Assembly: GCA_030390025.1 (NCBI GenBank)
Contig: CM059452.1
Span: forward strand, 7,440,001-7,504,000
Reading direction: 5' to 3'
Length of the DNA stretch: 64,000 nt
Origin: Squalus acanthias
Lineage: Eukaryota
Position 1 is the first letter of the stretch; every line of letters begins with the position of its first letter. The notes under the pieces were generated by a model that was given only the letters and a program-made list of their open reading frames with translations, had not been told where the DNA came from and did no database searches. The translations under genes were made by a program, and so were the position numbers. Of the stretch, positions 1 to 12,008 are shown in pieces.

Positions 1-228
1 AAGGAGACCTCACTCAGTGTCTGACATCACAGCTGAGGGAAACCATTGGCGAAGTGCTGGAATCCTGAACCGTGAGGAACCCTGAGTCAGCACTGACAGC
101 GGAAGGGAACATAAACTGTGTGATTGGAAATTAGAAACAGTTCTGTGCTTTTTACTAATTCCAATAAAGGTCCTGACTGAGATCAGCGCTCAGAATGATT
201 TGGGACTTCACGAGGTTGTGTCTCTTAC

Positions 229-540
229 CCTGAGATCTGGTGATGTTTCGGCTTTGGGTGGCCCCTTCATGAGAGACCTGGCAGGTATAGACCGAGCCGG
301 CGAACCACTCCCCGGCGGTGAATGTCAGCCGACTGGTCACCGAGAAGTTCCCGTTCACTTCAAAGACGGGAGAGGTAACGAAGCCCGAATCCATGAGTTG
401 TCCATTCTTCAGCCAATTCACGGTCAGTGACATTGGACGGAAATCGATGATTGAACACACGGCGTTTGCAGACCTGCTGCTGGTGATTTCTTCACTGGAA
501 CTCAGGGTGAGGATCACAGTTGGGTGATGTACCTCACGAT
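229..540 (-). CDS. IGHM: IgM heavy chain constant exon CH2
   Basis: Ig C1 domain [12 protein letters not shown]...VCSIIDF...VNWLKNG...[14 protein letters not shown], resembling shark Cmu2. Acceptor ttgcag at 541 and donor GTAAGA at 228, both phase 1. Confidence 0.92.
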
Positions 541-614
541 CTGCAAGAAAATACATTTTATTGGGATTATTTGGTGCAATCCCAATAATTAAGAACTGTA
601 AAGCTGTTTTTTAC

Positions 615-1890
615 ATAGAATCTACAACACAGAAACAGGTCACTCGGCCCAACAGGTCGGTGTTTATGCTCCACATGAGCCTCCTCTCTCCCTACTTCAT
701 CTCCCCATCAACATAACCTTCTATTCCTTTCTCCCTCCTGTACTTATCTAGATTCCCCTGAAACGCATCTATGCTGTTCGCCTCAACTACTCCATGTGGT
801 AGCGAGTTCCACATTCTACCCACTCTCTGGGTAAAGAAGTTTCTCCTGAATTCCCTATTGGATTTATTAGTGATTATCTTATATTTATGGCCCCTAGTAT
901 CGGGCTCCTCCTCAAGCAGAAATATTTTCTCTACGTCTAACCTTTCAACCCCCTTCATAATTTTAAAGACCTCTATTAGGTCACCCCTCAGCCTTCTCTT
1001 TTCTAGAGAAAAGATCCCAAGCCCGTTCAATCATTCTTGACAGTTACAATTTTTCAGTTCTGTGTTCGTCCTTGTCAATCAGTTTTGCACTTCTCCAGTG
1101 CCTCTGTATCATTCTTATAATATGGAAATCAGACCTGTACACAGTACACTAAGTGTGAATATGGAGACCAGACCTGTACACAGTACTCTAAGTGTGATAT
1201 GGAGACCAGACCTGTACACAGTACTCTAAGTGTGATATGGAGACCAGACCTGTACACAGTACTCTCAGTGTGATATGGAGACCAGATCTGTACACAGTAC
1301 TCTAAGTGTGATATGGAGACCAGACCTGTACACAGTACTCTAAGTGTGATATGGAGACCAGACCTGTGCACAGTACTCTAAGTGTGATATGGAGACCAGA
1401 CCTGTGCACAGTACACTAAGTGTGATATGGAGACCAGACCTGTACACAGTACTCTAAGTGTGATATGGAGACCAGACCTGTACACAGTACTCTAAGTGTG
1501 ATATGGAGACCAGACCTGTACACAGTACTCTCAGTGTGATATGGAGACCAGACCTGTACACAGTACTCTCAGTGTGATATGGAGACCAGACCTGTACACA
1601 GTACTCTAAGTGTGATATGGAGACCAGACCTGTACACAGTACTCTAAGTGTGATATGGAGACCAGACCTGTGCACAGTACTCTAAGTGTGATATGGAGAC
1701 CAGACCTGTGCACAGTACTCTAAGTGTGATATGGAGACCAGACCTGTGCACAGTACTCTAAGTGTGATATTGTGACCATCCTGTGCACAGTACTCTAAGT
1801 GTGATATGGAGACCAGACCTGTGCACGGCACTCTAAGTCTGGTCTAACCAAAGTTGTATAGAAGTTGAACATAACTTCTCTGCTTTTCAC
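615..1890 (-). mobile_element. CR1-type LINE 3' fragment, internally expanded into a minisatellite
   Basis: ORF 692-1030 has the CR1 ORF2 C-terminus (LGIFSLEKRRLRGDLIEVFK...RNFFTQRV..WNSLP). The LEYCVQxWSPY motif continues through the repeat. Confidence 0.85.
1130..1838. repeat. 38-bp minisatellite (~18 copies) derived from CR1 RT sequence
   Basis: Unit CAGACCTGTACACAGTACTCTAAGTGTGATATGGAGAC repeated in tandem. Confidence 0.95.
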
Positions 1891-1919
1891 AGTTTTCCCC
1901 TGTATCCCACAACACTAAC

Positions 1920-2219
1920 CTCGCATTTCGACGCTCCAGTCCGAATCACTTCGTCGAACCTGGCAGTAGATTGTGCTGCTCCCCACCTCTGACTCGGTGA
2001 TGGATAACTGGCTGCTCAGGGTGTAGGTTCCCTTCTTGTTGAACACTGACGGGTAGGTCTTCAATCCAGTGGTGATCGGCTCTTTATCTTTACTCCAGGA
2101 AAGGCTGGTGATTTCCGGGAAGTAGTCCATCGCCAAACAGCCGTACGTGACGGGGCCGCCGGTGTTGGGTTGTTCACAGGAAGAGAGCAGGGCGTAGAGG
2201 GTGGGAGGAGACTGTGTCG
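1920..2219 (-). CDS. IGHM: IgM heavy chain constant exon CH1
   Basis: [16 protein letters not shown]...[20 protein letters not shown]...TYPSV...YTLSSQL...IYCQVRR, resembling shark Cmu1. Acceptor ttcccag and donor GTTAGT. Confidence 0.93.
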
Positions 2220-4059
2220 CTGGGAAAGAATGGCCCATTGAACAAGTTAGACTCTGTAATCCGTGCTTATAACATAACCAAACAACTCGAAATGTGACTA
2301 CAGGATAAACGAATTTCATCATTTGCCGATCAAAACCTAGATCAGCATTTGAGTTTCTGTGAATTGTGAGACCCGACGTGAAACGCCTTCATGTAACTCC
2401 AGTCTTGTACATAAGAAAAGTCAGGAGTCTGAAAGGGGCATTCTGTCCATGAGGCCCCTTTATACCGAGTGAATGCCGAAATATTGTATCGTGGACTTCC
2501 TCCAGCTCTTGATCCCCTGTTATGGAACACACCCCTCATTCCCCAACCACTTTCACATTAGATTCTTTCACATTCTGTCCACTGAGCTCCTCCCTACATC
2601 CTTTTGCTGTCAGCCTCTTATTATCAGCACAGAATCAGGCCATTCCATGATATCAACGTGTCGTCATCTCTCCATTGTAAGATGCTGCCTTAAAACCTAC
2701 CTCTTTGACCAAGCTTTTGGTCAACTGTCAGAGTAACTACCAACCATACTAAAGAAAACATGATATCTCCTTATGTGGCTCGGTGTCAGATTGTATCTGC
2801 TGACGCTCCTGTGAATCGTCTTGGGAGGTTTTACTACGTTAAAGGCGCTATATAAATGCAAGTTGTTGTTTTCAGGGGATAGACTTGTTTGAATAGCGGT
2901 GGGATTAGTTCTCCTAATCACACAACTCCTACAGCTAGATCTACCAGTTGTATTACCTTTAAAACAAATCCAGCATGTTTATAAAGCATGACCAGAATTA
3001 TAAAATAATACAACTTTACACCACAGAAGGAGGCTATTCGGCCAATCACGCCTCTGAAAGATCTCTCCACCAATCCCGTGCACCTTCCAATTCCCAATCT
3101 TCTCAACTGTGCAATTGTATCGAGCTATTATGGAGTCTGCATGCAGCCCTCTTCCTGATAGGACATCCCATGTTCAACAGTCCCCTGTGTAGAAAAGTAG
3201 AATAATACCCACTCCCTTCATTCTGTTGCTGCTGATTTTCAATCTGTGCCATTTACTCACCAACTCACCGACCCGGGGAAATATGTTTCACGAATCCCTT
3301 CATAAAACCTTTCATAATTCCAAACCCCTCTATCAGACCTCATCTAAATGTTCTTTGTTCCCATGACAATAAAGGACGTTTACAATAAATCGTTGAAGTC
3401 TCCTTTAAAATGTGAACGGAATAATTTAGCGCACGGATTTGAATCGGGAACTTTTGCACAGCCTGGTTTCTGAGATTCAAGCTTTAGATGAATCGGGATT
3501 GATTCGAGTCTCTCTCTTTCCTTCTCAGAATTGGAGGGAGAGCGATGCAGTGTGACTTGTGCTCTATCCCATTCTACTGAATGGATGTCTCCTGAGTTCC
3601 CTCCTCCCACTCACTCAATTAAATAATCCGAAATAAATACGGTCCCCAAAGCCGGTTATATGGAACGATGCTCTTTAAATGCTCCATTGCATTTTCCAAA
3701 TTACTTTCCAACCTCCCACCAGTGAGAACAGGCGCTGCTTTCTGGGTCGTTACAGTCACTTCTTGTTGCTGTTTGTACCGAACATAATCTAAACATCGGG
3801 ACAGGTTTCTTCTCTAAATATCTAATATTGGCAATCCTTAAACATTATAAATCGATTGGTTATCAGCGGGTTCTATGCAAGGAAGGACAAACAATAACTA
3901 ATGTGCTGACTGCTGATATGGGCAACTCTGGCTTCTGGTTTGTGCGGGGATGCAAGAGCAGGGGGACCTGGGGAGCTTATTCACAAATCTTTGAAGGTGG
4001 CAGGGCAAGTTGATCAGGGGGTTACGGACGTGTGTGGGATACTTGCCACTGCAATAGGG

Positions 4060-4612
4060 GCATTGAATAGAAAAACAAGGAAGTCCTGCTAAACCTTTAC
4101 AAATCACTGGTTAGGCATCAGATGTAGCAGTGTATTCAATTCTGACCATCACAATTTTGGAAGGATGACAAGGCCTTGGAGAGGGTACAGAGGAGGTTGA
4201 CCAGGATGATACCGGGGATGAGAGACTTCAGTTATGCGGAGAGATTGGATACGCTGGGATTGTTCCTTGGTGCAGAGAAGGTTAAGGGGAGACCTAATAG
4301 AGCTGTTCAAAATTGAGGGAGGTTTTGTCAGAGCAAGTTGGGAGAAAAGGTTTCTTCTGGCGAGTTTGTCGGTAACCAAAGGTCACTGAATTAAAATAAT
4401 TGGCAAAATATCTAGAGGGGAAATGAGGCTCATTTTTTCAAACGGAGTGTTGTTAATTTCTGGAATGCACAAGTCAACTGGACATGTTCTTGAAGAGACT
4501 CATTGGAGGGTTACGAGGAAACGTTGGGATTTGATTGGACAGCTCTTTCAGAGCCAGCACAGGCAAGACGGGCCGAATGGCCCCTTCTGTGCTCTGAGAT
4601 TCTGTGATTCTA
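4060..4612 (+). mobile_element. Degenerate CR1 LINE 3' fragment
   Basis: Contains GCCTTGGAGAGGGTACAGAGGAGG and AGAAGGTTAAGGGGAGACCTAATAGAG, ending in GGGCCGAATGGCC...CTGTGCT, like other CR1 copies here. Confidence 0.75.
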
Positions 4613-5349
4613 CACGGCTCAGCGGAATTAGTTCTTCCCGATTTAATGGAAAGAAACGCTTCATAATGTTGAACACCTCTATCAGATCTATTTTATTGTT
4701 GGTTATAATGCAAGAGGATATTTAAAATAAAAGGAACTGAGGAATTTGACTCAAATGATCCAATTGGATACCGTCACAGAGTCTTAAAGCTTATTGTGAA
4801 TGACGACTCATCGCAGGCTGACTGTTTCTCTTTAAATGTTCCACAGAGGTGCGGCTCAGTGACTGTGAACCTTGTGCTGTGACCCAGTCCAACAGCTGCA
4901 CCTCACCCGAGTTTGTCCCGGCCTGGTACCTTTTTAAAAAAACAAATTGAACGAAATAATGTTTTCAAACATAAGGTTCCCATGATGGTTATTTGGAGCG
5001 GGAGTCTCGACATTCTCCATTTAAATTGTCAAAATAACTCCCAGCCTCCCATCAGATCAGAACAGGCGCTGCTTTCTGGAGCGTTACAGTCACTTCCTGA
5101 AACTGTTTGTTCTGAAAGTGAGCTCAGGATCAGGCCAATCTCATTCAATCATTATCTGAAACTCAAAATGTTTAAAGTTTACCAATTCATTAAAAATTGG
5201 GCAGTTTTATTTGCAATAATGTTAAACTCAATTAATGCGCGGTTGTTTCATCGGAGCAATGGAAAGTTTTATTTTTATATATCTGGCTCGAGAACTCACA
5301 CTTTATTAGTTGGATGCACATTAAGCTTCCTTGAACAACACGGGACATA

Positions 5350-5735
5350 GCACTCACAGATCTGTTACAGTACAGATACAGAGTAAAGCTCCCTCTGCAC
5401 TGCCCTGCCATGCACTGTATGATCAGGTATAGGAAGGGAATGAATCCGAGCAACGCCAAGTCTGCACAGTACTGTCAAACACTCCGGGTAAGGCACCGCA
5501 CTGGTTAAATACAGAGTAAAGCTCCGTCTACATTGCACAATCAAACACTCCCAGGGCAGGTACAACACGGGCTAGATACAGAGTAAATTCTCCCTCTACA
5601 CTGAACCATCAAAGATTCACGGGGCATAACAGCACGGGTTAGATACAGAGTAAAGCTCCCTCTACACTGTCCCATCAAACACTCCCAGGGCAGGTACAGC
5701 ACGGGTTAGAAACTGATTTAAGCTCCTTCTACTGT
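5350..5735. repeat. ~67-bp degenerate tandem repeat (related copy on the opposite strand near 57930-57995)
   Basis: Recurrent TAGATACAGAGTAAAGCTCCCTCTACACTGTCCCATCAAACACTCCCAGGGCAGGTACAGCACGGG. Confidence 0.8.
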
Positions 5736-7839
5736 CTGCCAGACGTGTTTCTGAAATGCTGCTTCTGAATGTCACAAACTGGGTTACTGAGACGCCTCCT
5801 CAAACTTAAAGTCAAACTATCGCATTTCTCACAGATACAAGCTTCTGAAATAAATGAGTCGAATTGTACTCCATGAAACACAAGAGAACAAACCAGCAGG
5901 TTTACAACCAGTCAGGAGGACTCCTGATTCTCACACAGTGAGCAGGCGCACAGAAACAGAACAGACACAAACGGTGCAACAATCGTGCTCTCAGCAGATA
6001 GATCTGGTCAATCTGTCAATTTCAATGAAGCTGATTTCTAATTGATCTCTTGTCAATTTCCGACCACCTCAAGTCTGCACGTTTTTTGAAATTAAACTGA
6101 TATTAATTTGAAAAAGTTCTTCGATTTCCAATCATTTCTCCCTCCCTGTCGACAATCTTACAAACCGAGTAAGATTTAGTTTCCCTGAAAACAAGTATAC
6201 TGAAATAATTCACATTCCAGGGTAATTTGCTGCATATAACTGGGACTCCGTGACAGAGTAAGAATTTAACGAACTAGGAACCACTGGGTTAATATAATTT
6301 CATAATTAAATATAACCGGTAAAATCATCGAGGCAAAACACGAAGTTGATTCATTAAAATCTGCGGCGACACCTTCTCGAGCTGAGCACAGCTGAGTAAG
6401 ACATGTATTGCTTCTAAATTAATTTTAGACATAATTTAAAATTCTCTCCAACCCTTGAGATTTTACAGTAACTGTAATCCTGTCCAGCATACAACGCAAT
6501 TGTGGGAGGTCATTTATGTTTAATAAATTCGCACTCATATTATATTCTAAGTTAATATTGATGTTATGCTGCATTATAATAAAATTAGTTGATATTAATT
6601 TGAATCCTGTTTCTGCCTGGTAACTTGTGAACTTATAGGGTTTCAATTAAATTAACATGACAGTTATCAATATTAAAATATTAAAAATCATATTAATAGA
6701 TAAAGACATTCAGACAAATATATTATTTTTATTTAAATCAAATCACTTTTGAATAAGTTAAAATGGTCACTAACTTCTAATACATTCCCGCTCTCTATCT
6801 ACACACTTGTAAACTCTGCATGTTTCTGAACTCTCTGATACAACATAAACTCCATCTTTTCTCAGAGTGGATTTCACATGATGGATTTAGGAGTGAACTA
6901 TTTTAAATAGTTCAAAGTCTGGCGGTGGTCACATCTCACTAACTACCGATTGAGTGTAACACCGTATGTTTACTAAAGCAGGGCTCGCGAGTTTAAACAT
7001 TGTCCTCAATCTTAACTACAAATACTATTTTCGTGAATTAAAAGACAACCGGCCAGTTTGCAGTCAGTAACAGAGACTCCGCTATTTAATAACACAGACA
7101 ATCTTTTTATACTTTACTCCCGTAATTCACACAATGCCCGTAAATTAATTATTAAATATATTCTACTATTTATTGAAAACCAGTTCCAGAATGATCAGTG
7201 TAAAAGTGGCGGAGAACAAATCAATCAGACCATCTCCGACACTGAAATTTAATGAGCAAATGGAGGAGAGATTTTGTTGATCAATTTAACATTAATGAGA
7301 ATTAAACATAACTCTCAGATGTAATCTGTTCACTGTCTATAATTCTATCCCGTATACAGCACAGCTATGGGAGACAGGATGTTGTTATTACATTCAAAAT
7401 AATATTAATCTTGTATAATTAAATTAATCTGCTTGAATGTCAATGGGTTATTTGTCTGTCTCCAGCCTTACGCAGTCTGCACCTTCCTTGAATTTAAATA
7501 GAATCATATGAACAATTATTTGACTGCCAGCGACCGCTCAGCCAATGATCTTACAAACTGTTTAAGATTAATTTAGTGATAATTGTCTCGCTATCAAACA
7601 ACAAATAATATTGAAGGAATAACATGGTTTCTGCTGCACAGTAAGAATTTAATAACCCGGCAGATTTATTACATTTACAAACTGCAATTTACAACTCGCA
7701 TTTAATGCATAATTAAATACAATCCGTCATTCATCTGTGTAAAACAGGGAGATAACAATTAATTTCAAACCCACATTAAACTGAACACTGCGGTGGAATC
7801 AGTCTGTTATGAAAATAATTTCAGACATAATCAGAAATT

Positions 7840-9170
7840 GTCTCCAGCCTCTAAAATTCTCCGCTCAGGTTAATTGTGACCAGTGCACAGCAGAATTGTG
7901 GAAGGAGAATAATATTTAATACATTAATATTAATAATACAGTATATTAAGTGATATTGGGCAATATTACCGCATTCTAATTGTTTGAGTTATGTTAATTT
8001 AACTCTCCTTCAACCTGCAAATTGTTAATTATATAATTCGTAATTACAGTAACATTTCACCTATTAAATGTGAGCACCGTAAACCACAGATTAATAATTG
8101 AATCAGTAATTCTCACTTAAATATAAAGATGCATTAAATTATTTTTAAATGATTTCTGATTTATAAAACCTACTTGTTGTCAGCCTACAATCATCTTTCA
8201 AACAGTTTAAACAGATCTGAAAACCTGCAGCAGTTCGATGTCACCGAGATTAAACATTGCAGAAACTCCAAACAGTTTCACAAACTTTAGTTATTCAAAG
8301 TAACCCAGGCACACACTCTCCTCAGCAGATAAACAGCAAATCACATCACTGAGGGGCTGAATCCCGCAACAGAACGTTTTGTGGAGAAGCAACTTAATTC
8401 TATAAACCCTTTCAGCAGAATCAAATGTAACATTACAAAAAAATCTCAATACATAACCCCGCGAACCCATCTATCACTGAACGAATTAATTATTGAAATA
8501 AACATAAATATAAAATAATGACAGCGGAATTGTGAGTAGACGGATCATGTTTAATAAATTACTATTGATGTAGCATATTGTTGTAATATTCGGTGATATT
8601 AATACATTATAATAATTTAATCTATATTCATTTAAATCTGATTCAGGCAACAAATTTGTTAATTATGTAGTTATTAATTACAATAACAGTTCACGCATTC
8701 AATATGACCGTTGGTGAACATTAGATTAATAGCTGACAATGTAAACATCACAAATAAAAATACGGTAAAATATCTTAAGATTATTTTTGACCTCTAAAAT
8801 TTTCTGTTTTCTGCCTACAATCTTATTTCAAACACATTTAGTCACATAATGTTTACATTTGATCAGAAAACCTGTAACCATTAGATGTCACCGAGATTAA
8901 ACATTGTAGAAACTCCAAACAGTTCAACAACCGTTGGGTATTTAAGTAACCCAGGCTCACAGTCTCAACAGCAGATAAACACCAAATCACATCAATCAGG
9001 GGTTCAATCCCTCAACAACAATTTTATTGCTGGAGAAACTGTTTAAATCTATTATCACTTTTCAGCAGAATCAAATGAAACATTGCAAAAAATCTCTTTA
9101 CAGACTCCACCGAACCCAAGTTTCAGTGAATGAATTAATTATTGAAATAAACAGAAATATAAAATAAAGA
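7840..9170. repeat. Degenerate ~640-bp tandem duplication in the JH-CH1 intron
   Basis: GATGTCACCGAGATTAAACATTG occurs at ~8238 and ~8885; TTCAGCAGAATCAAATG at ~8411 and ~9061. A related tract lies at ~6440-6660. Confidence 0.75.
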
Positions 9171-9210
9171 CACAAATACAACAGTTACTGAAAGAGTGAA
9201 TGTTTCTTAC

Positions 9211-9258
9211 CTGCAGTCACCGTCACCATGGTGCCTTGTCCCCAGTATTCGAGGTAGT
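9211..9258 (-). CDS. IGHJ: IgH J segment (YLEYWGQGTMVTVTA)
   Basis: WGxG motif, donor GTAAGA at 9210, upstream 23-RSS. Confidence 0.95.
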
Positions 9259-9297
9259 CACAGTGTTACATTCCCCGGGCTGGGTCACACAATAACC
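9259..9297 (+). promoter_or_regulatory. JH 23-RSS
   Basis: CACAGTG (9259-9265), 23-nt spacer, ACAATAACC (9289-9297). Confidence 0.93.
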
Positions 9298-9623
9298 GGC
9301 TCTGTGTAAAACAGACAGAAATCCAACATTAGTTTAAATATTCACATCCCAGAGGAAAAGTAAAGTCACGATGGATCTTCATAAAATGATGCATGTGTCA
9401 ATGGATACTTTTCACTCTTTATAAATTCCCTGATGTTTTATATTTCACAGAGTAACCCATGAACAGTTAATGAAATCACCAACTGATCAATGATTAATTA
9501 TCACAGTTTATCCATCTTAAGCTGTGCTAGTAGACAGTGCTGGACACAAATAGGATTTCACTGCATCGTCAGTTGGATTGTGAAAGCGAGCACTGACCCA
9601 GACTCACTCAATTAGTGCTGAGG

Positions 9624-9651
9624 GGTTTTTGTATTGACAGTAACTGCTGTG
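9624..9651 (-). promoter_or_regulatory. 12-RSS following the joined VDD
   Basis: On minus: CACAGCA, GTTACTGTCAAT (12 nt), ACAAAAACC. Confidence 0.92.
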
Positions 9652-9974
9652 CCACCCAGCACCGCTGTACTCTCTTGCACAGTAATAGATGACGGTGTCT
9701 TCGGTCCTCAGGTTCTTCATGTCCAAAGCGAAGATGCTGTTTGAAGTGTCTTTGGAGGCAGTAAATCGACTCTCAATCCCTGGGGCGTGATGCTTGTTCG
9801 ATGAACTGTAATATCTAACCAGCCACTCCAGCTCCTGTCCGGGAACCTGTCGGAACCAGTGCATGACGTAGCTGCCAAGGTCGAACCCGCTGGTTTTACA
9901 GGTCAGTCTCAGGGAGCCTCCGGGACTCCTGGTCTCTGCCTCTGGCTGAGTCAACACGACATCCGACTGGACAC
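9652..9974 (-). CDS. IGHV: IgM VH exon joined to D1 and D2 (VDD), open frame
   Basis: [11 protein letters not shown]...[23 protein letters not shown]...YYCAR followed by EYSGAGW. No 23-RSS after CAR; GTACAGCGGTG and CTGGGTGG directly abut the V. Confidence 0.9.
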
Positions 9975-10101
9975 CTGTAAAAACAATCAAAAACCCCGAG
10001 GATTAATCCTGGTGAAATGATTCCTGACTCTGTAACATTCCAGAGAGAGACTAACACTGAGACAGTAACAGTGAGAGACTTGGACAATAAAAACTACTCA
10101 C

Positions 10102-10147
10102 CGGATAAGAAAGCCAACAACAGACTGAGAGAAATCGCCGACCTCAT
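10102..10147 (-). CDS. IGHV: IgH V leader exon (MRSAISLSLLLAFLS)
   Basis: ATG, hydrophobic 15-codon stretch, phase-1 donor GTGAGT. Confidence 0.9.
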
Positions 10148-10237
10148 CCTCCTGGCAATGGGTGGGAAATGGTTCTAACAAGAACTCACTGAGCAAACCC
10201 GCTCCCGGACTGGTGTATTGCGGTCCCAGTGACCGGC

Positions 10238-10320
10238 AGTTAAATACCCGGTAGAAGGGGGCGAGGTTACAGGCGCCGCCTTGTGATTCCCTGATAGAGG
10301 CGGCTACTGGATCCACGTCA
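10238..10320 (-). promoter_or_regulatory. VH promoter: TATTTAA box and CRE/decamer-like TGACGTGG
   Basis: Minus-strand TATTTAA at ~10240-10246 and TGACGTGG at 10313-10320. No octamer seen, consistent with shark IgH promoters. Confidence 0.55.
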
Positions 10321-11857
10321 CACCCTCCACATCACCAACTGGACTCAAAACTGGACTGTCAATGAAATCCCTTTATTTCCTCACTCCTTCACAGCGCATG
10401 TGAATCTCTGAGATTAAATTACATTACCAGGCTCTAAAGAGACAGCCAGTATGTGTTACTCCATCTCCCGCTATCTATCCATTCACTCAGTTCCAATAAA
10501 GTATCCCCTATATTATGAATTGCTTTAGGTCTATGTACCTGAATGCGGGAGATGGGTGGTGTGATTCTATTTACAATGTGGATGGCTATAGCTACACTAT
10601 TTGGGTCCGGAGATGAATAGAAAGCCCTCACATTATACAAGTGTCTCAAATTGCATTTTTCTAACTGCCCCTGAGTCTGTGACCCTAAGACAGTCCTTTA
10701 TAAAATTAGCTTTAAAATAAGTCCTCTTGCCTGATAATTAAGGAGTGAGTTGACGGAGACACTTAAAAAATTTGAGCCCACCCGCTTCAGATCAGCTTTT
10801 TAAAAGAGAAACTGGTGAATCAGAACTGATAACGCGATCAGCAAACCCCGGCATCCAAATCCTTGCAGCGAACGTTAATAGCGCCCGACTGTGTAACAAA
10901 CACTGGTATCAGGAACACAGTATATCAGGACATAGCGGTATGTTACAGAATATCACAAGAATAAATGCTTCATCTCCCGCTGAAACAGATTACAAACTGA
11001 ACATTTCTCTGCCCATTGGTAGCCGGGCTCTGAGAGGGGTTGTTTAGGAATCAAAATCAGCAAAATTAAACTGCACAGTGCGCGGCTGCTAATCAGTAAT
11101 AAGGGAGCCCTGAGTTTCAATCAGGGTCACAACTCTGAGAATATTCAAGGAAGTGCAGCGGGTTCGAGGCAATTCCACCGATTGTTTTATTTACTTTGCG
11201 ATTCCCACTGATCTCATTACAGTGTGGGTGTGGGGTCATTAAAATCTCTCTCCAGCACTTCGTGCAGTGCTGAATAAACCGACTGAATTATTTCGAATTG
11301 TCTTTAATAGGAATTTTAAAAATTAATTAGCATGTGGATCCATTTACTTTTTTCTGAACATATTTTATAATATTGTGAGCAAGTCATTTACCGAAAGTCA
11401 TTCTTTAGATGTTATACCATGTAAAATGTTTCTTTCTTGTGAGAGCAGCTGCTGAATAATTTAATGTTCAAATAGTTAAATCCCATCTTGTTTCCCATTC
11501 ATATTCACGCCAATCTGCCCCACGCAGTATTTGGCAGCAGCCCAGCCGACTGCTGTCAGGGAGGCTCGAACACCCAATGTCATTTACAGGAAGCATCTGG
11601 GGGTTCTGTGCAGTGAATCAAAGATCTGTTTCCTCACTACTGACCGCTTGGCTGAAAGCCAACTTCAAACCCTTAACATTGTGAGTGAGGTCTATTGATA
11701 AACAAATCTACCCAGCAACAGTACTGGAGTCAATTTTAATTATTCAGTTGTGTAACTGTGTGTAAAGGTTCCCATCTTTCAAGATAGGAAATATATCCAG
11801 CGTCTCAGACATCCTGTCAGCAGCAGCAGTCAGCTGGAGGGTCTGTCCAGCACATCA

Positions 11858-12008
11858 NNNNNNNNNNNNNNNNNNNNNNNNNNNNNNNNNNNNNNNNNNN
11901 NNNNNNNNNNNNNNNNNNNNNNNNNNNNNNNNNNNNNNNNNNNNNNNNNNNNNNNNNNNNNNNNNNNNNNNNNNNNNNNNNNNNNNNNNNNNNNNNNNNN
12001 NNNNNNNN
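11858..12008. other. Assembly gap (151 N)
   Basis: Run of N. Confidence 1.

Noticed and set aside
1130-1838. CACAGTA in each 38-bp unit as an RSS
   Set aside because: No nonamer at 12 or 23 nt, and the sequence is explained by CR1 coding sequence.
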